Source: Octopus sinensis (taxonomy: Eukaryota). Taken from it: a DNA stretch of 64,000 bases. Position 1 is the stretch's first letter, and the number at the start of each line of letters is the position of its first letter. The stretch lies in NCBI RefSeq assembly GCF_006345805.1, contig NC_043019.1:16057360-16121359 (forward strand). The letters run 5' to 3'. The notes beneath the pieces are model-generated. The model saw only the letters and a program-made list of their open reading frames with translations, had not been told where the DNA came from and did not search any database. The translations under genes and the position numbers were made by a program. This document shows, piece after piece, positions 25,381 through 38,300 of the stretch.

Positions 25381-28300
25381 TTTGTCATGTTTCCATCCTT
25401 GCACGAGTCCATCCTTGCATGAGTCCATCCTTGCATGAGTCCATCCTTGCACGAGTCCATCCTTGCACGAGTCCATCCTTGCACGAGTCCATCCTTGCAC
25501 GAGTCCATCCTTGCACGAGTCCATCCTTGCACGAGTCCATCCTTGCACGAGTCCATCCTTGCACGAGTCCATCCTTGCATGAGTCCATCCTTGCACGAGT
25601 CCATCCTTGCACGAGTCCATCCTTGCATGAGTCCATCCTTGCATGAGTCCATCCTTGCATGAGTCCATCCTTGCACGAGTCCATCCTTGCATGAGTCCAT
25701 CCTTGCACGAGTCCATCCTTGCACGAGTCCATCCTTGCCGAGTCCATCCTTGCACGAGTCCATCCTTGCACGAGTCCATCCTTGCATGAGTCCATCCTTG
25801 CACGAGTCCATCCTTGCACACGAGTCCATCCTTGCATGAGTCCATCCTTGCACGAGTCCATCCTTGCACGAGTCCATCCTTGTCATGTTTCCATCATTGC
25901 ACGAGTCCATCCTTGTCATGTTTCCATCATGCACGAGTCCATCCTTGTCATGTTTCCATCCTTGCACGAGTCCATCCTTGCACGAGTCCATCCTTGCATG
26001 AGTCCATCCTTGCACGAGTCCATCCTTGCACGAGTCCATCCTTGCACGAGTCCATCCTTGCATGAGTCCATCCTTGCACGAGTCCATCCTTGCACGAGTC
26101 CATCCTTGCACGAGACCATCCTTGCACGAGTCCATCCTTGCACGAGTCCATCGTTGCACGAGTCCATCCTTGCATGAGTCCATCCTTGCACGAGTCCATC
26201 CTTGCACGAGTCCATCCTTGTCATGTTTCCATCCTTGTCATGTTTCCATCCTTGCACGAGTCCATCCTTGTCATGTTTCCATCCTTGCACGAGTCCATCC
26301 TTGCATGAGTCCATCCTTGTCATGTTTCCATCCTTGCATGAGTCCATCCTTGTCATGTTTCCATCCTTGCACGAGTCCATCCTTGCGTGAGTCCATCCTT
26401 GTCATGTTTCCATCCTTGCACGAGTCCATCCTTGCATGAGTCCATCCTTGCGTGAGTCCATCCTTGTCATGTTTCCATCCTTGCACGAGTCCATCCTTGC
26501 ATGAGTCCATCCTTGTCATGTTTCCATCCTTGCACGAGTCCATCCTTGCATGAGTCCATCCTTGTCATGTTTCCATCCTTGCACGAGTCCATCCTTGCAT
26601 GAGTCCATCCTTGTCATGTTTCCATCCTTGCACGAGTCCATCCTTGCATGAGTCCATCCTTGCACGAGTCCATCCTTGCATGAGTCCATCCTTGTCATGT
26701 TTCCATCCTTGCATGAGTCCATCCTTGTCATGTTTCCATCCTTGCACGAGTCCATCCTTGTCATGTTTCCATCCTTGCATGAGTCCATCCTTGTCATGTT
26801 TCCATCCTTGCACGAGTCCATCCTTGCATGAGTCCATCCTTGTCATGTTTCCATCCTTGTCATGTTTCCATCCTTGCACGAGTCCATCCTTGCATGAGTC
26901 CATCCTTGTCATGTTTCCATCCTTGCACGAGTCCATCCTTGCATGAGTCCATCCTTGTCATGTTTCCATCCTTGCACGAGTCCATCCTTGTCATGTTTCC
27001 ATCCTTGCGTGAGTCCATCCTTGTCATGTTTCCATCCTTGCACGAGTCCATCCTTGCATGAGTCCATCCTTGTCATGTTTCCATCCTTGTCATGTTTCCA
27101 TCCTTGCATGAGTCCATCCTTGTCATGTTTCCATCCTTGCACGAGTCCATCCTTGCATGAGTCCATCCTTGTCATGTTTCCATCCTTGCACGAGTCCATC
27201 CTTGTCATGTTTCCATCCTTGCACGAGTCCATCCTTGCGTGAGTCCATCCTTGTCATGTTTCCATCCTTGCACGAGTCCATCCTTGCATGAGTCCATCCT
27301 TGTCATGGTTCCATCCTTGCACGAGTCCATCCTTGCATGAGTCCATCCTTGTCATGTTTCCATCCTTGCACGAGGCCATCCTTGCATGAGTCCATCTTGT
27401 CATGTTTCCATCCTTGCACGAGTCCATCCTTGTCATGTTCCATCCTTGCACGAGTCCATCCTTGTCAGTGTTTCCATCCTTGCACGAGTCCATCCTTGCA
27501 TGAGTCCATCCTTGCACGAGTCCATCCTTGCACGAGTCCATCCTTGCACGAGTCCATCTTGCACGAGTCCATCCTTGCACGAGTCCATCCTTGCACGAGT
27601 CATCCTTGCATGAGTCCATCTGCACGAGTCCATCCTTGCATGATCCATCCTTGCACGAGTCCATCCTTGCACGAGTCCATCCTTGCATGAGTCCATCCTG
27701 CACGAGTCCATCCTTGTCATGTTCCATCATTGCACGAGTTCATCCTTGTCATGTTTCCATCCTTGCATGAGTCCATCCTTGTCATGTTTCCATCCTTGCA
27801 CGAGTCCATCCTTGCACGAGTCCATCCTTGCACGAGTCCATCCTTGCATGAGTCCATCCTTGCATGAGTTCATCCTTGCACGAGTCCATCCTTGCATGAG
27901 TCTATCCTTGCACGAGTCCATCCTTGCACGAGTCCATCCTTGCACGAGACCATCCTTGCACGAGTCCATCCTTGCACGAGTCCATCCTTGCACGAGTCCA
28001 TCCTTGCACGAGTCCATCCTTGCACGAGTCCATCCTTGCACGAGTCCATCCTTGTCATGTTTCCATCCTTGCACGAGTCCATCCTTGTCATGTTTCCATC
28101 CTTGCACGAGTCCATCCTTGTCATGTTCCATCCTTGCACGAGTCCATCCTTGCATGAGTCCATCCTTGTCATGTTTCCATCCTTGCATGAGTCCATCCTT
28201 GTCATGTTTCCATCCTTGCACGAGTCCATCCTTGCGTGAGTCCATCCTGTCATGTTTCCATCCTTGCACGAGTCCATCCTTGCATGAGTCCATCCTTGCG

Positions 28301-31300
28301 TGAGTCCATCCTTGCACGAGTCCATCCTTGCATGAGTCCATCCTTGTCGTTTCCATCCTTGCACGAGTCCATCCTTGCATGAGTCCATCCTTGTCATGTT
28401 TCCATCCTTGCACGAGTCCATCCTTGCACGAGTCCATCCTTGCATGAGTCCATCCTTGCACGAGTCCATCCTTGCACGAGTCCATCCTTGCACGAGTCCA
28501 TCCTTGCATGAGTCCATCCTTGTCATGTTTCCATCCTTGCATGAGTCCATCCTTGTCATGTTTCCATCCTTGCACGAGTCCATCCTTGTCATGTTTCCAT
28601 CCTTGCATGAGTCCATCCTTGTCATGTTTCCATCCTTGCACGAGTCCATCCTTGCATGAGTCCATCCTTGTCATGTTTCCATCCTTGTCATGTTTCCATC
28701 CTTGCACGAGTCCATCCTTGCATGAGTCCATCCTTGTCATGTTCCATCCTTGCACGAGTCCATCCTTGCATGAGTCCATCCTTGTCATGTTTCCATCCTT
28801 GCACACGAGTCCATCCTTGTCATGTTTCCATCCTTGCGTGAGTCCATCCTTGTCATGTTTCCATCCTTGCACGAGTCCATCCTTGCATGAGTCCATCCTT
28901 GTCATGTTTCCATCCTTGTCATGTTTCCATCCTTGCATGAGTCCATCCTTGTCATGTTTCCATCTTGCACGAGTCCATCCTTGCATGAGTCCATCCTTGT
29001 CATGTTTCCATCCTTGCACGAGTCCATCCTTGCATGAGTCATCCTTGTCATGTTTCCATCCTTGCACGAGTCCATCCTTGTCATGTTTCCATCCTTGCAC
29101 GAGTCCATCTTGCGTGAGTCCATCCTTGTCATGTTTCCATCCTTGCACGAGTCCATCCTTGCATGAGTCCATCCTTGTCATGTTTCCATCCTTGCACGAG
29201 TCCATCCTTGCATGAGTCCATCCTTGTCATGTTTCCATCCTTGCACGAGTCCATCCTTGCCATGTTTCCATCCTTGCACGAGTCCATCCTTGCATGAGTC
29301 CATCCTTGTCATGTTTCCATCCTTGCACGAGTCCATCCTTGTCATGTTCCATCCTTGCACGAGTCCATCCTTGCATGAGTCCATCCTTGTCATGTTTCCA
29401 TCCTTGCACGAGTCCATCCTTGCATGAGTCCATCCTTGTCATGTTTCCATCCTTGCACGAGTCCATCCTTGCATGAGTCCATCCTTGTCATGTTTCCATC
29501 CTTGCACGAGTCCATCCTTGCATGAGTCCATCCTTGTCATGTTTCCATCCTTGCACGAGTCCATCCTTGCATGAGTCCATCCTTGTCATGTTTCATCCTT
29601 GCACGAGTCCATCCTTGTCATGTTTCCATCCTTGCATGAGTCCATCCTTGTCATGTTTCCATCCTTGCACGAGTCCATCCTTGCATGAGTCCATCCTTGT
29701 CATGTTTCCATCCTTGCACGAGTCCATCCTTGCATGAGTCCATCCTTGTCATGTTTCCATCCTTGCACGAGTCCATCCTTGTCATGTTTCCATCCTTGCA
29801 CGAGTCCATCCTTGCGTGAGTCCATCCTTGTCATGTTTCCATCCTTGCACGAGTCCATCCTTGCGTGAGTCCATCCTGTCATGTTTCCATCCTTGCACGA
29901 GTCCATCCTTGCATGAGTCCATCCTTGTCATGTTTCCATCCTTGCACGAGTCCATCCTTGCATGAGTCCATCCTTGTCATGTTTCCATCCTTGCACGAGT
30001 CCATCCTTGCCATGTTTCCATCCTTGCACGAGTCCATCCTTGCATGAGTCCATCCTTGTCATGTTTCCATCCTTGCACGAGTCCATCCTTGTCATGTTTC
30101 CATCCTTGCACGAGTCCATCCTTGCATGAGTCCATCCTTGTCATGTTTCCATCCTTGCACGAGTCCATCCTTGCATGAGTCCATCCTTGTCATGTTTCCA
30201 TCCTTGCACGAGTCCATCCTGCATGAGTCCATCCTTGTCATGTTTCCATCCTTGCACGAGTCCATCCTTGCATGAGTCCATCCTTGTCATGTTTCCATCC
30301 TTGCACGAGTCCATCCTTGCATGAGTCCATCCTTGTCACGAGTCCATCCTTGCATGAGTCCATCCTTGTCATGTTTCCATCCTTGCACGAGTCCATCCTT
30401 GTCATGTTTCCATCCTTGCACGAGTCCATCCTTGCATGAGTCCATCCTTGTCATGTTTCCATCTTGCACGAGTCCATCCTTGCATGAGTCCATCCTTGTC
30501 ATGTTTCCATCCTTGCACGAGTCCATCCTTGCATGAGTCATCCTTGTCATGTTTCATCCTTGCACGAGTCCATCCTTGCATGAGTCCATCCTTGTCATGT
30601 TTCCATCCTTGCACGAGTCCATCCTTGCATGAGTCCATCCTTGTCATGTTTCCATCCTTGCACGAGTCCATCCTTGTCATGTTTCCATCCTTGCATGAGT
30701 CCATCCTTGTCATGTTTCCATCCTTGCACGAGTCCATCCTTGCATGAGTCCATCCTTGTCATGTTTCCATCCTTGCACGAGTCCATCCTTGCATGAGTCC
30801 ATCCTTGTCATGTTTCCATCCTTGCACGAGTCCATCTTGTCATGTTTCCATCCTTGCACGAGTCCATCCTTGCGTGAGTCCATCCTTGTCATGTTTCCAT
30901 CCTTGCACGAGTCCATCCTTGCGTGAGTCCATCCTTGTCATGTTTCCATCCTTGCACGAGTCCATCCTTGCATGAGTCCATCCTTGTCATGTTTCCATCC
31001 TTGCACGAGTCCATCCTTGCATGAGTCCATCCTTGTCATGTTTCCATCCTTGCACGAGTCCATCCTTGCATGAGTCCATCCTTGTCATGTTTCCATCCTT
31101 GCATGTTTCCATCCTTGCACGAGTCCATCCTTGCATGAGTCCATCCTTGTCATGTTTCCATCCTTGCACGAGTCCATCCTTGCATGAGTCCATCCTTGTC
31201 ATGTTTCCATCCTTGCACGAGTCCATCCTTGCATGAGTCCATCCTTGTCATGTTTCCATCCTTGCACGAGTCCATCCTTGCATGAGTCCATCCTTGTCAT

Positions 31301-31828
31301 GTTTCCATCCTTGCATGAGTCCATCCTTGTCATGTTTCCATCCTGCACGAGTCCATCCTTGCATGAGTCCATCCTTGTCATGTTTCCATCCTTGCACGAG
31401 TCCATCCTTGTCATGTTTCATCCTTGCACGAGTCCATCCTTGCATGAGTCCATCCTTGTCATGTTTCCATCCTTGCACGAGTCCATCCTTGCATGAGTCC
31501 ATCCTTGTCTGTTTCCATCCTTGCACGAGTCCATCCTTGCATGAGTCCATCCTGTCATGTTTCCATCCTTGCACGAGTCCATCCTTGCATGAGTCCATCC
31601 TTTTCATGTTTCCATCCTTGCATGAGTCCATCCTTGTCATGTTTCCATCCTTGCACGAGTCCATCCTTGCATGAGTCCATCCTTGTCATGTTTCCATCCT
31701 TGCGTGAGTCCATCCTTGTCATGTTTCCATCCTTGCACGAGTCCATCCTTGCGTGAGTCCATCCTTGTCATGTTTCCATCCTTGCACGAGTCCATCCTTG
31801 TCATGTTTCCATCCTTGCGTGAGTCCAT
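25381..31828. repeat. 6.4-kb satellite of a 16-bp unit (CCATCCTTGCAYGAGT) and a 17-bp unit (CCATCCTTGTCATGTTT), forming a ~49-bp higher-order repeat distally
   Basis: Direct reading; this array accounts for all ORFs in the track between 25300 and 31828. Confidence 0.97.
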
Positions 31829-32883
31829 AGCTTTCAGGAATTGAAGGTTGATTTTTTTACAGGTTTTGCCGATTTTTGAAAATGTGAGAAGTATTCAGCA
31901 CTTCTTTTGAGGTGGATATTTAAGAATGTCCCAACTTATAGATTTGCAGTGCGATGATCTCTTAAGATAAAAATTTTTATCAGAATCGATTTTTAAAAGA
32001 AATGCATTTTTCCTACTGGAAAATTCCCATGTCTGCTGCAAAATGCCAAAAGTTTGACATGTCTTTTCGGAAGTATGCATTCTTTCAAGCAACTTTTCCT
32101 TAAAATGAAGAACAGAAAAAAATTGTCTCAGAACAAATTTGTGATGACCATCTCAATGATATTTTGCTTCATTCAACGACAATTTCACCTGAAGTTGAAA
32201 AATTACCAAACAACAAGCAGGAACACGTGTCCCACTGATATGTGTAACTGAGAAATGTTTCTTTTTTGTAGAATTTTAATATTCTTAAAAAATTTTCTAT
32301 TGGGGGAGGAACAATGGGTCATCAGATTCCATGTACCAATAGATATGAAGTTGCAACACAACTTTTCGAGGCAAATACATTTGAAGTCTTGAAAAGTGCC
32401 ACAACAGCGAACAGTGAGGATTATTTGACACCAGAATTGAGTAATAAGTTAAGTAATAAGTTAAGTAATAAGTCTGGCTATTTTCTTATTTAATTTCTGT
32501 TTAAGACGAACTAATTAATTACACCACTTCACGCTCATTTTACAAATTAATTTCCTTTATATCACGTGTAACAGTCAATCAACAGATCGATATTTCAGTT
32601 TGGAAATTATTAACTAAGATGAGCAAATTACATTTCCTTCGTCTTAAATTTCGTTTTCGCTTCGAAAAATAATTACTGTAACATCGAGAGGTTCACATAA
32701 TTCTGTCATTTACATTATTATCATTACAGACTTAAAGTAAATCTTTGTCAATTTTCCGTTTTACCAGTGCCTCATTAACAAGAGAACACGTGCAGAGGTC
32801 TGACTGCATTTTACTTAATTTCTGTTTAAAATTTCTGTACAAAACTAATAATTTGAGCTGTTTTACAAACAATAATTTTTAAA

Positions 32884-33650
32884 ATGGCTAGTCTAGGTGA
32901 ATTGTTTAACATGAAATCGGAGGAAGATGCTGCATCTTTCTTGGCAGCAAAGGGTATTATACCTGGCAGTAAGAAGTGCAAGGAAGGACACCAAACGACA
33001 AAGAAATTGGTGGGGAAGAATGTTTGCTGGCGGTGTGCTCGCAAAGGTTGCGATGAGAAAGTGTCTGTCCGTAAGGGAACGTGGCTTGATGGCTGCACGC
33101 TTCCTCTTCGCACTGTAGTACTGTTTTTGTAGTCTTGGGCGAAGGAACTGACTACAGTGCGTTATTGTGCACAAGAACTGGGGATGAGCCACAGTGCAGC
33201 TGTGGATTACAACAATTATGTGCGAGAAATATGCGCGCATGACTTGCTAATGAACCCAGTTGTAATAGGTGGTCCTGGGAAGATTGTCGAGAAAGACGAG
33301 ACAGTCTTCTCTAGGAGGAAGTTTAATCGAGGAAGGGTGTTACCTCAGCAATGGCTATTCGGTGGAGTGTGTCGTGAGACCAGAGAAGTTTTCCTTTATG
33401 CAGTACCTTCTCGGAATCGCGACACACTCGAAGAATGCGTCCGTCACTCGATCCTCCCAGGTACCACTATATTTAGTGACATGTGGAGGGCTTATTCGCA
33501 TATTCCAGAGATCGAGGGATATAATTTTCGACATAGAACGGTGAACCACAGCGTTGAGTTTGTTAACTCCGTTGACAAAACACACACCCAACAGGTAGAA
33601 AGCACTTGGGCGTGTTTAAAACGGGGTAACAAGCGGCGTTGTGGTACACA
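32884..33650 (+). pseudogene. Merlin (IS1595/ISXO2-like DDE) transposase, copy 1, with an in-frame TAG at 33130-33132
   Basis: N-terminal CKEGH..WRCARKGC Zn ribbon, then IGGPGKIVEKDETVF, WLFGGVCRET, TIFSDMWRAY, VNHSVEFV and HTQQVESTW. Confidence 0.9.
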
Positions 33651-33799
33651 AAATGCCAAAAGTTTGACATGTCTTTTCGGAAGTATGCATTCTTTCAAGC
33701 AACTTTTCCTTAAAATGAAGAACAGAAAAAAATTGTCTCAGAACAAATTTGTGAGGATTATTTGACACCAGAATTGAGTAATAAGTTAAACAAAGTTTC

Positions 33800-33970
33800 T
33801 ATTAAAAAACTTTTCTGAGGAGACAGGGTCCTACCCATAGTCTTTCTCAGGAAGTGAAACCAATAGACCTTTTCTTTTTTCCAGCATGCTTGTCCGAAGC
33901 AATCACTAAATAACCTGGAAAAAAAGACAGCTTGTGGTATCCAACAACCATAGACAAAATACGGGCATTT
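33800..33970 (+). mobile_element. piggyBac transposase N-terminal fragment
   Basis: Identical to the start of the 34385 and 36755 copies (FSEETG..PIDLFFFFP..WYPTTIDKIRAF). Confidence 0.7.
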
Positions 33971-33992
33971 TTTACAAACAATAATTTTTAAA

Positions 33993-34345
33993 ATGGCTAG
34001 TCTAGGTGAATTGTTTAACATGAAATCGAAGAAAGATGCTGCATCTTTCTTGACAGCAAAGGGTATTATACCTGGCAGTAAGAAGTGCAAGGAAGGACAC
34101 CAAACGACAAAGAAATTGGTAGGGAAGAATGTTTGCTGGCGGTGTGCTCGCAAAGGTTGTGATGAGAAAGGGTCTGTCCGTAAGGGAACGTGCCTTGATG
34201 GCTGCACGCTTCCTCTTCGCACTGTAGTACTGTTTTTGTAGTCTTGGGTGAAGGAACTGACTACAGTGCGTTATTGTGCACAAGAACTGGGGATGAGCCA
34301 CAGTGCAGCTGTGGATTACAACAATTATGTGCGAGAAATATGCGA
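33993..34345 (+). pseudogene. Merlin transposase, copy 2 (5' part only)
   Basis: Near-identical to 32884-33235 and has the same TAG. Confidence 0.85.
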
Positions 34346-34384
34346 GAATTGAGTAATAAGTTAAAAAAAGTTTCTATTAAAAAA

Positions 34385-35115
34385 CTTTTCTGAGGAGACA
34401 GGGTCCTACCCATAGTCTTTCTCAGGAAGTGAAACCAATAGACCTTTTCTTTTTTCCAGCATGCTTGTCCGAAGCAATCACTAAATAACCTGGAAAAAAA
34501 GACAGCTTGTGGTATCCAACAACCATAGACAAAATACGGGCATTTTTTGCCATAAATATTATTATTATGGGTATCAGACAGTTACTCAGAATGACAAAAT
34601 ACTGGAGCAAACAGGAACCTTTTGGCAATGAATATGTTTCCAGTATAATGACAAGAATAAGATTTATAAAACTAAATCAATATTTACACGTGAGAGACAC
34701 TAGCAGTACCCCAGTACATGGAGAACCAAACTTTCATCCCTTATTTAAAATAAGACCCCTCAATGACGGTGTTCAAAATGCATATAAAACATTTTACAAC
34801 CCTGGAAGGTATTTATCCATCGATGAGGGAATGGTGGGGTATAAAGGAAGGGTACGCTTCCGACAATATATGCCAAGAAAGCCCACAAAATGGGGGATCA
34901 AGGTTTGGAAAATATGAAGCAAATACTGGGTACTGCTGTGGATTTAACTTCTACACTGGAAAGAGACAATAATGTTAGTCAGGACAGCCTAGGATACAAT
35001 GTGGTCTGGAATTTAACTCTTCCATACCATAACCAGGGCCAAATATTATGTTTTGACCAATTTTTTAGTTCGGTCAAACTTGCGGTGGATTTAGAAACTG
35101 TGGCAACGTATATGT
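34385..35115 (+). pseudogene. piggyBac (PGBD4-like) transposase fragment
   Basis: LFKIRPL..YLSIDEGMVGYKGRVRFRQYMPRKPTKWGIKVW; frameshifted and truncated. Confidence 0.9.
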
Positions 35116-35831
35116 GGGATCTTTTCATTTTCGTCGCCTGGACCGCAGATCTTTCTAGTTAACTAAATAATTTGAAACTTCGTGTACTGGTAGAGTGTCT
35201 CAAAACAAAACACTAGTTCCAACTTGTTTATTTGAGAAAAATCTATTTTATGACTTTAATCGTAGATTAAAACTGCGAATTTTAACCAATCATATTGTTT
35301 GTTTTCATATCTAATACTTTACTGCATTCTGTTAGTGTGACGTAGAAAGCTATTTTGTGACGTAGGCAACTGTGCACATTTTTGCTAATAAGCACGTGCG
35401 TAAGTCTGGCTATTTTCTTATTTAATTTCTGTTTAAGACGAACTAATTAATTACACCACTTCACGCTCATTTTACAAATTAATTTCCTTTATATCACGTG
35501 TAACAGTCAATCATAGGTTTTCCTAAACAACAGATCGATATTTCAGTTTGGAAATTATTAACTAAGACGGGCAAATTACATTTCCTTCGTCTTAAATTTC
35601 GTTTTCGGTTCGAAAAATAATTACTGTAACATCGAGAGGTTCACATAATTCTGTCATTTACATTATTATCATTACAGACTTAAAGTAAATCTTTGTCAAT
35701 TTTCCGTTTTACCAGTGCCTCATTAACAAGAGAACACGTGCAGAGGTCTGACTGCATTTTATTTAATTTCTGTTTAAAATTTCTGTACAAAACTAATAAT
35801 TTGAGCTGTTTTACAAACAATAATTTTTAAA

Positions 35832-36600
35832 ATGGCTAGTCTAGGTGAATTGTTTAACATGAAATCGGAGAAAGATGCTGCATCTTTCTTGACAGCAAAG
35901 GGTATTATACCTAGCAGTAACAAGTGCAAGGAAGGACACCAAACGACAAAGAAATTGGTGGGGGGAAGATTGTTGCTGGCTGGTGTGCTCGCAAAGGTTG
36001 CGATGAGAAAGTGTCTGTCCGTAAGGAACGTGGCTTGATGGCTGCACGCTTCCTCTCGCACTGTAGTACTGTTTTTGTAGTCTTGGGCGAAGGAACTGAC
36101 TACAGTGCGTTATTGTGCACAAGAACTGGGGATGAGCCACAGTGCAGCTGTGGATTACAACAATTATGTGCGAGAAATATGCGCGCATGACTTGCTATGA
36201 ACCGAGTTGTAATATGTGGGTCCTGGGAAGATTGTCGAGAAGACGAGACAGTCTTCTCTAGGAGGAAGTTTAATCGAGGAGGGTGTTACCTCAGCAATGG
36301 CTATTCGTGGGAGTGTGTCGTGAGACCAGAGAAGTTTTCCTTTATGCAGTACCTTCTCGGAATCGCGACACACTCGAAGAATGCGTCTGTCACTCGATCC
36401 TCCCAGGTACCACTATATTTAGTGACATGTGGAGGGCTTATTCGCATATTCCAGAGATCGAGGGATATAATTTTCGACATAGAACGGTGAACCACAGCGT
36501 TGAGTTTGTTAACTCCGTTGACAAAACACACACCCAACAGGTAGAAAGCACTTGGGCGTGTTTAAAATGGGGTAACAAGCGGCGTTGTGGTACACAAAAT
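35832..36600 (+). pseudogene. Merlin transposase, copy 3 (many indels)
   Basis: Homologous to 32884-33650 with the same TAG. The upstream 35401-35831 repeats 32470-32883. Confidence 0.85.
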
Positions 36601-36754
36601 GCCAAAAGTTTGACATGTCTTTTCGGAAGTATGCATTCTTTCAAGCAACTTTTCCTTAAATGAGAACAGAAAAAAATTGTCTCAGAACAAATTTGTGAGG
36701 ATTATTTGACACCAGAATTGAGTAATAAGTTAAAAAAGGTTTCTATTAAAAAAC

Positions 36755-37717
36755 TTTTCTGAGGAGACAGGGTCCTACCCATAGTCTTTCTCAGGAAGTG
36801 AAACCAATAGAATTTTTCTTTTTTCCAGCATGCTTGTTTGAAGCAATCACTAAACAAGCTGGAAAAAAAGACAGCTTGTGGTATCCAACAACCATAGACA
36901 AAATACGGGCATTTTTTGCCATAAATATTATTATGGGTATAAGACAGTTACTCAGAATGACAAAATACTGGAGCAAACAGGAACCTTTGGCAATGAATAT
37001 GTTTTCCAGTATAATGACAAGAATAAGATTTATAAAACTAAATCATATTTACACGGGAGACACTAGCAGTACCCCAGTACATGGAGAACCAAACTTTCAT
37101 CCCTTATTTAAAATAAGACCCCTCAATGACGGTGTTCAAAATGCATATAAAACATTTTACAACCCTGGAAAGGTATTTATCCGTCGATGAGGGAATGGTG
37201 GGGTATAAAGGAAGGGTACGCTTCCGACAATATATGCCAGGAAAGCCCACAAAATGGGGGATCAAGGTTTGGAAAATATGCGAAGCAAATACTGGGTACT
37301 GCTGTGGATTTAGCTTCTACACTGGAAAGAGACAATAATGTTAGTCAGGACAGCCTAGGGTACGATGTGGTCTGGAATTTAACTCTTCCATACCATAACC
37401 AGAGCCGAATATTATGTTTTGACCAATTTTTTAGTTCGGTCAAACTTGCGGTGGATTTAGAAACTGTGGCAACGTATACGTGTTCTACAGTAATTGCTAG
37501 TAGAAAAGGGCTGCCGTTGGATATAAAAAAAGCAAAATTTAAAAAAAGAGGTGAAATAATCCAACGGCAGAAAGGAAATCTGCTAGCAATCACATACAGA
37601 GATAAGAGGCAGATAAATTTTCTATCTACCAGTGCACAACCATGTGTAGATGAAAATGGCACCCTGTTTGTGAACCTTGATTATAACAGGTACATGGGCA
37701 GTGTACATGCAAAGTAA
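36755..37717 (+). pseudogene. piggyBac transposase fragment, longest copy
   Basis: SVDEGMVGYKGR..KPTKWGIKVWKICEANTGYC, LCFDQFFSSVKL, STVIASRKGLP, YRDKRQINFLST and DYNRYMGSV. Confidence 0.9.
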
Positions 37718-37719
37718 AT

Positions 37720-37807
37720 AAAACACAAAAACACAAAGTAAGGTTCCACTAGTAATGACTAGCTAGCGCGAATGCGCGCACCGGGACCACTATCCTTAAA
37801 TAGTACC
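37720..37807. mobile_element. Isolated Merlin-type terminus
   Basis: Reverse complement GGTACTATTTAAGGATAGTGGTCCCGGTGCGCGC; homologous to 58336-58450. Confidence 0.65.
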
Positions 37808-38300
37808 CCCATCATTGTCTTAAATCGTCTTTTTGCATTCTTCCAGTAACACTCCACAGAATTTGTGTGTACAAGTGTTACTGGATCGACAAAATTCTGG
37901 GAATGGTTCACTGTGAAATGGATGTATTTTGGTGTCACATCCATTTCAGCAATCCCATTATAGGCGCCCCAACAATTCGAATAAATTGTAGTGCCCAGTC
38001 TAATATATTTTTTGATGATGGGTAGCAGAGTTTCCGAGGAACGGTCAGCTACGAAGAGTAGAAAGCCTTTTTTCTCTTCTCTATCATAACCTCCAAAGAC
38101 CCATCTCTCTTGTGGCGTTCTCCCTCTATTGTACTTCCTCTTGCACATCAGAGTTTCATCTATTTCAACGTTTCCGACACCACCAATTTGGTATGGATTG
38201 TTGACCAGATTGTTACTACAGATATCTCGCCTGTACTGAAACCATTGAATAACGGTAGATTTCGCCAATCCAGTCAATTCTATTGTTGTGAGTTCAACTT
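37808..38300 (-). pseudogene. Second, divergent Merlin transposase, truncated at its C-terminus by the 37807 terminus
   Basis: IGGVGNVEIDETLMCKRKYNRGR..WVFGGYDRE..TTIYSNCWGAY..VNHSQNFVDP..HTNSVECYW. Confidence 0.85.

Noticed and set aside
25300-31828. Dozens of ORFs up to 492 aa (MDSCKDGLVQGWTRAR repeats)
   Set aside because: They are translations of a 16/17-bp satellite that is open in many frames on both strands. There is no coding signal or splice context.
36755-37717. Domesticated PGBD gene
   Set aside because: It is multicopy, frameshifted and truncated, and embedded in a TE nest.
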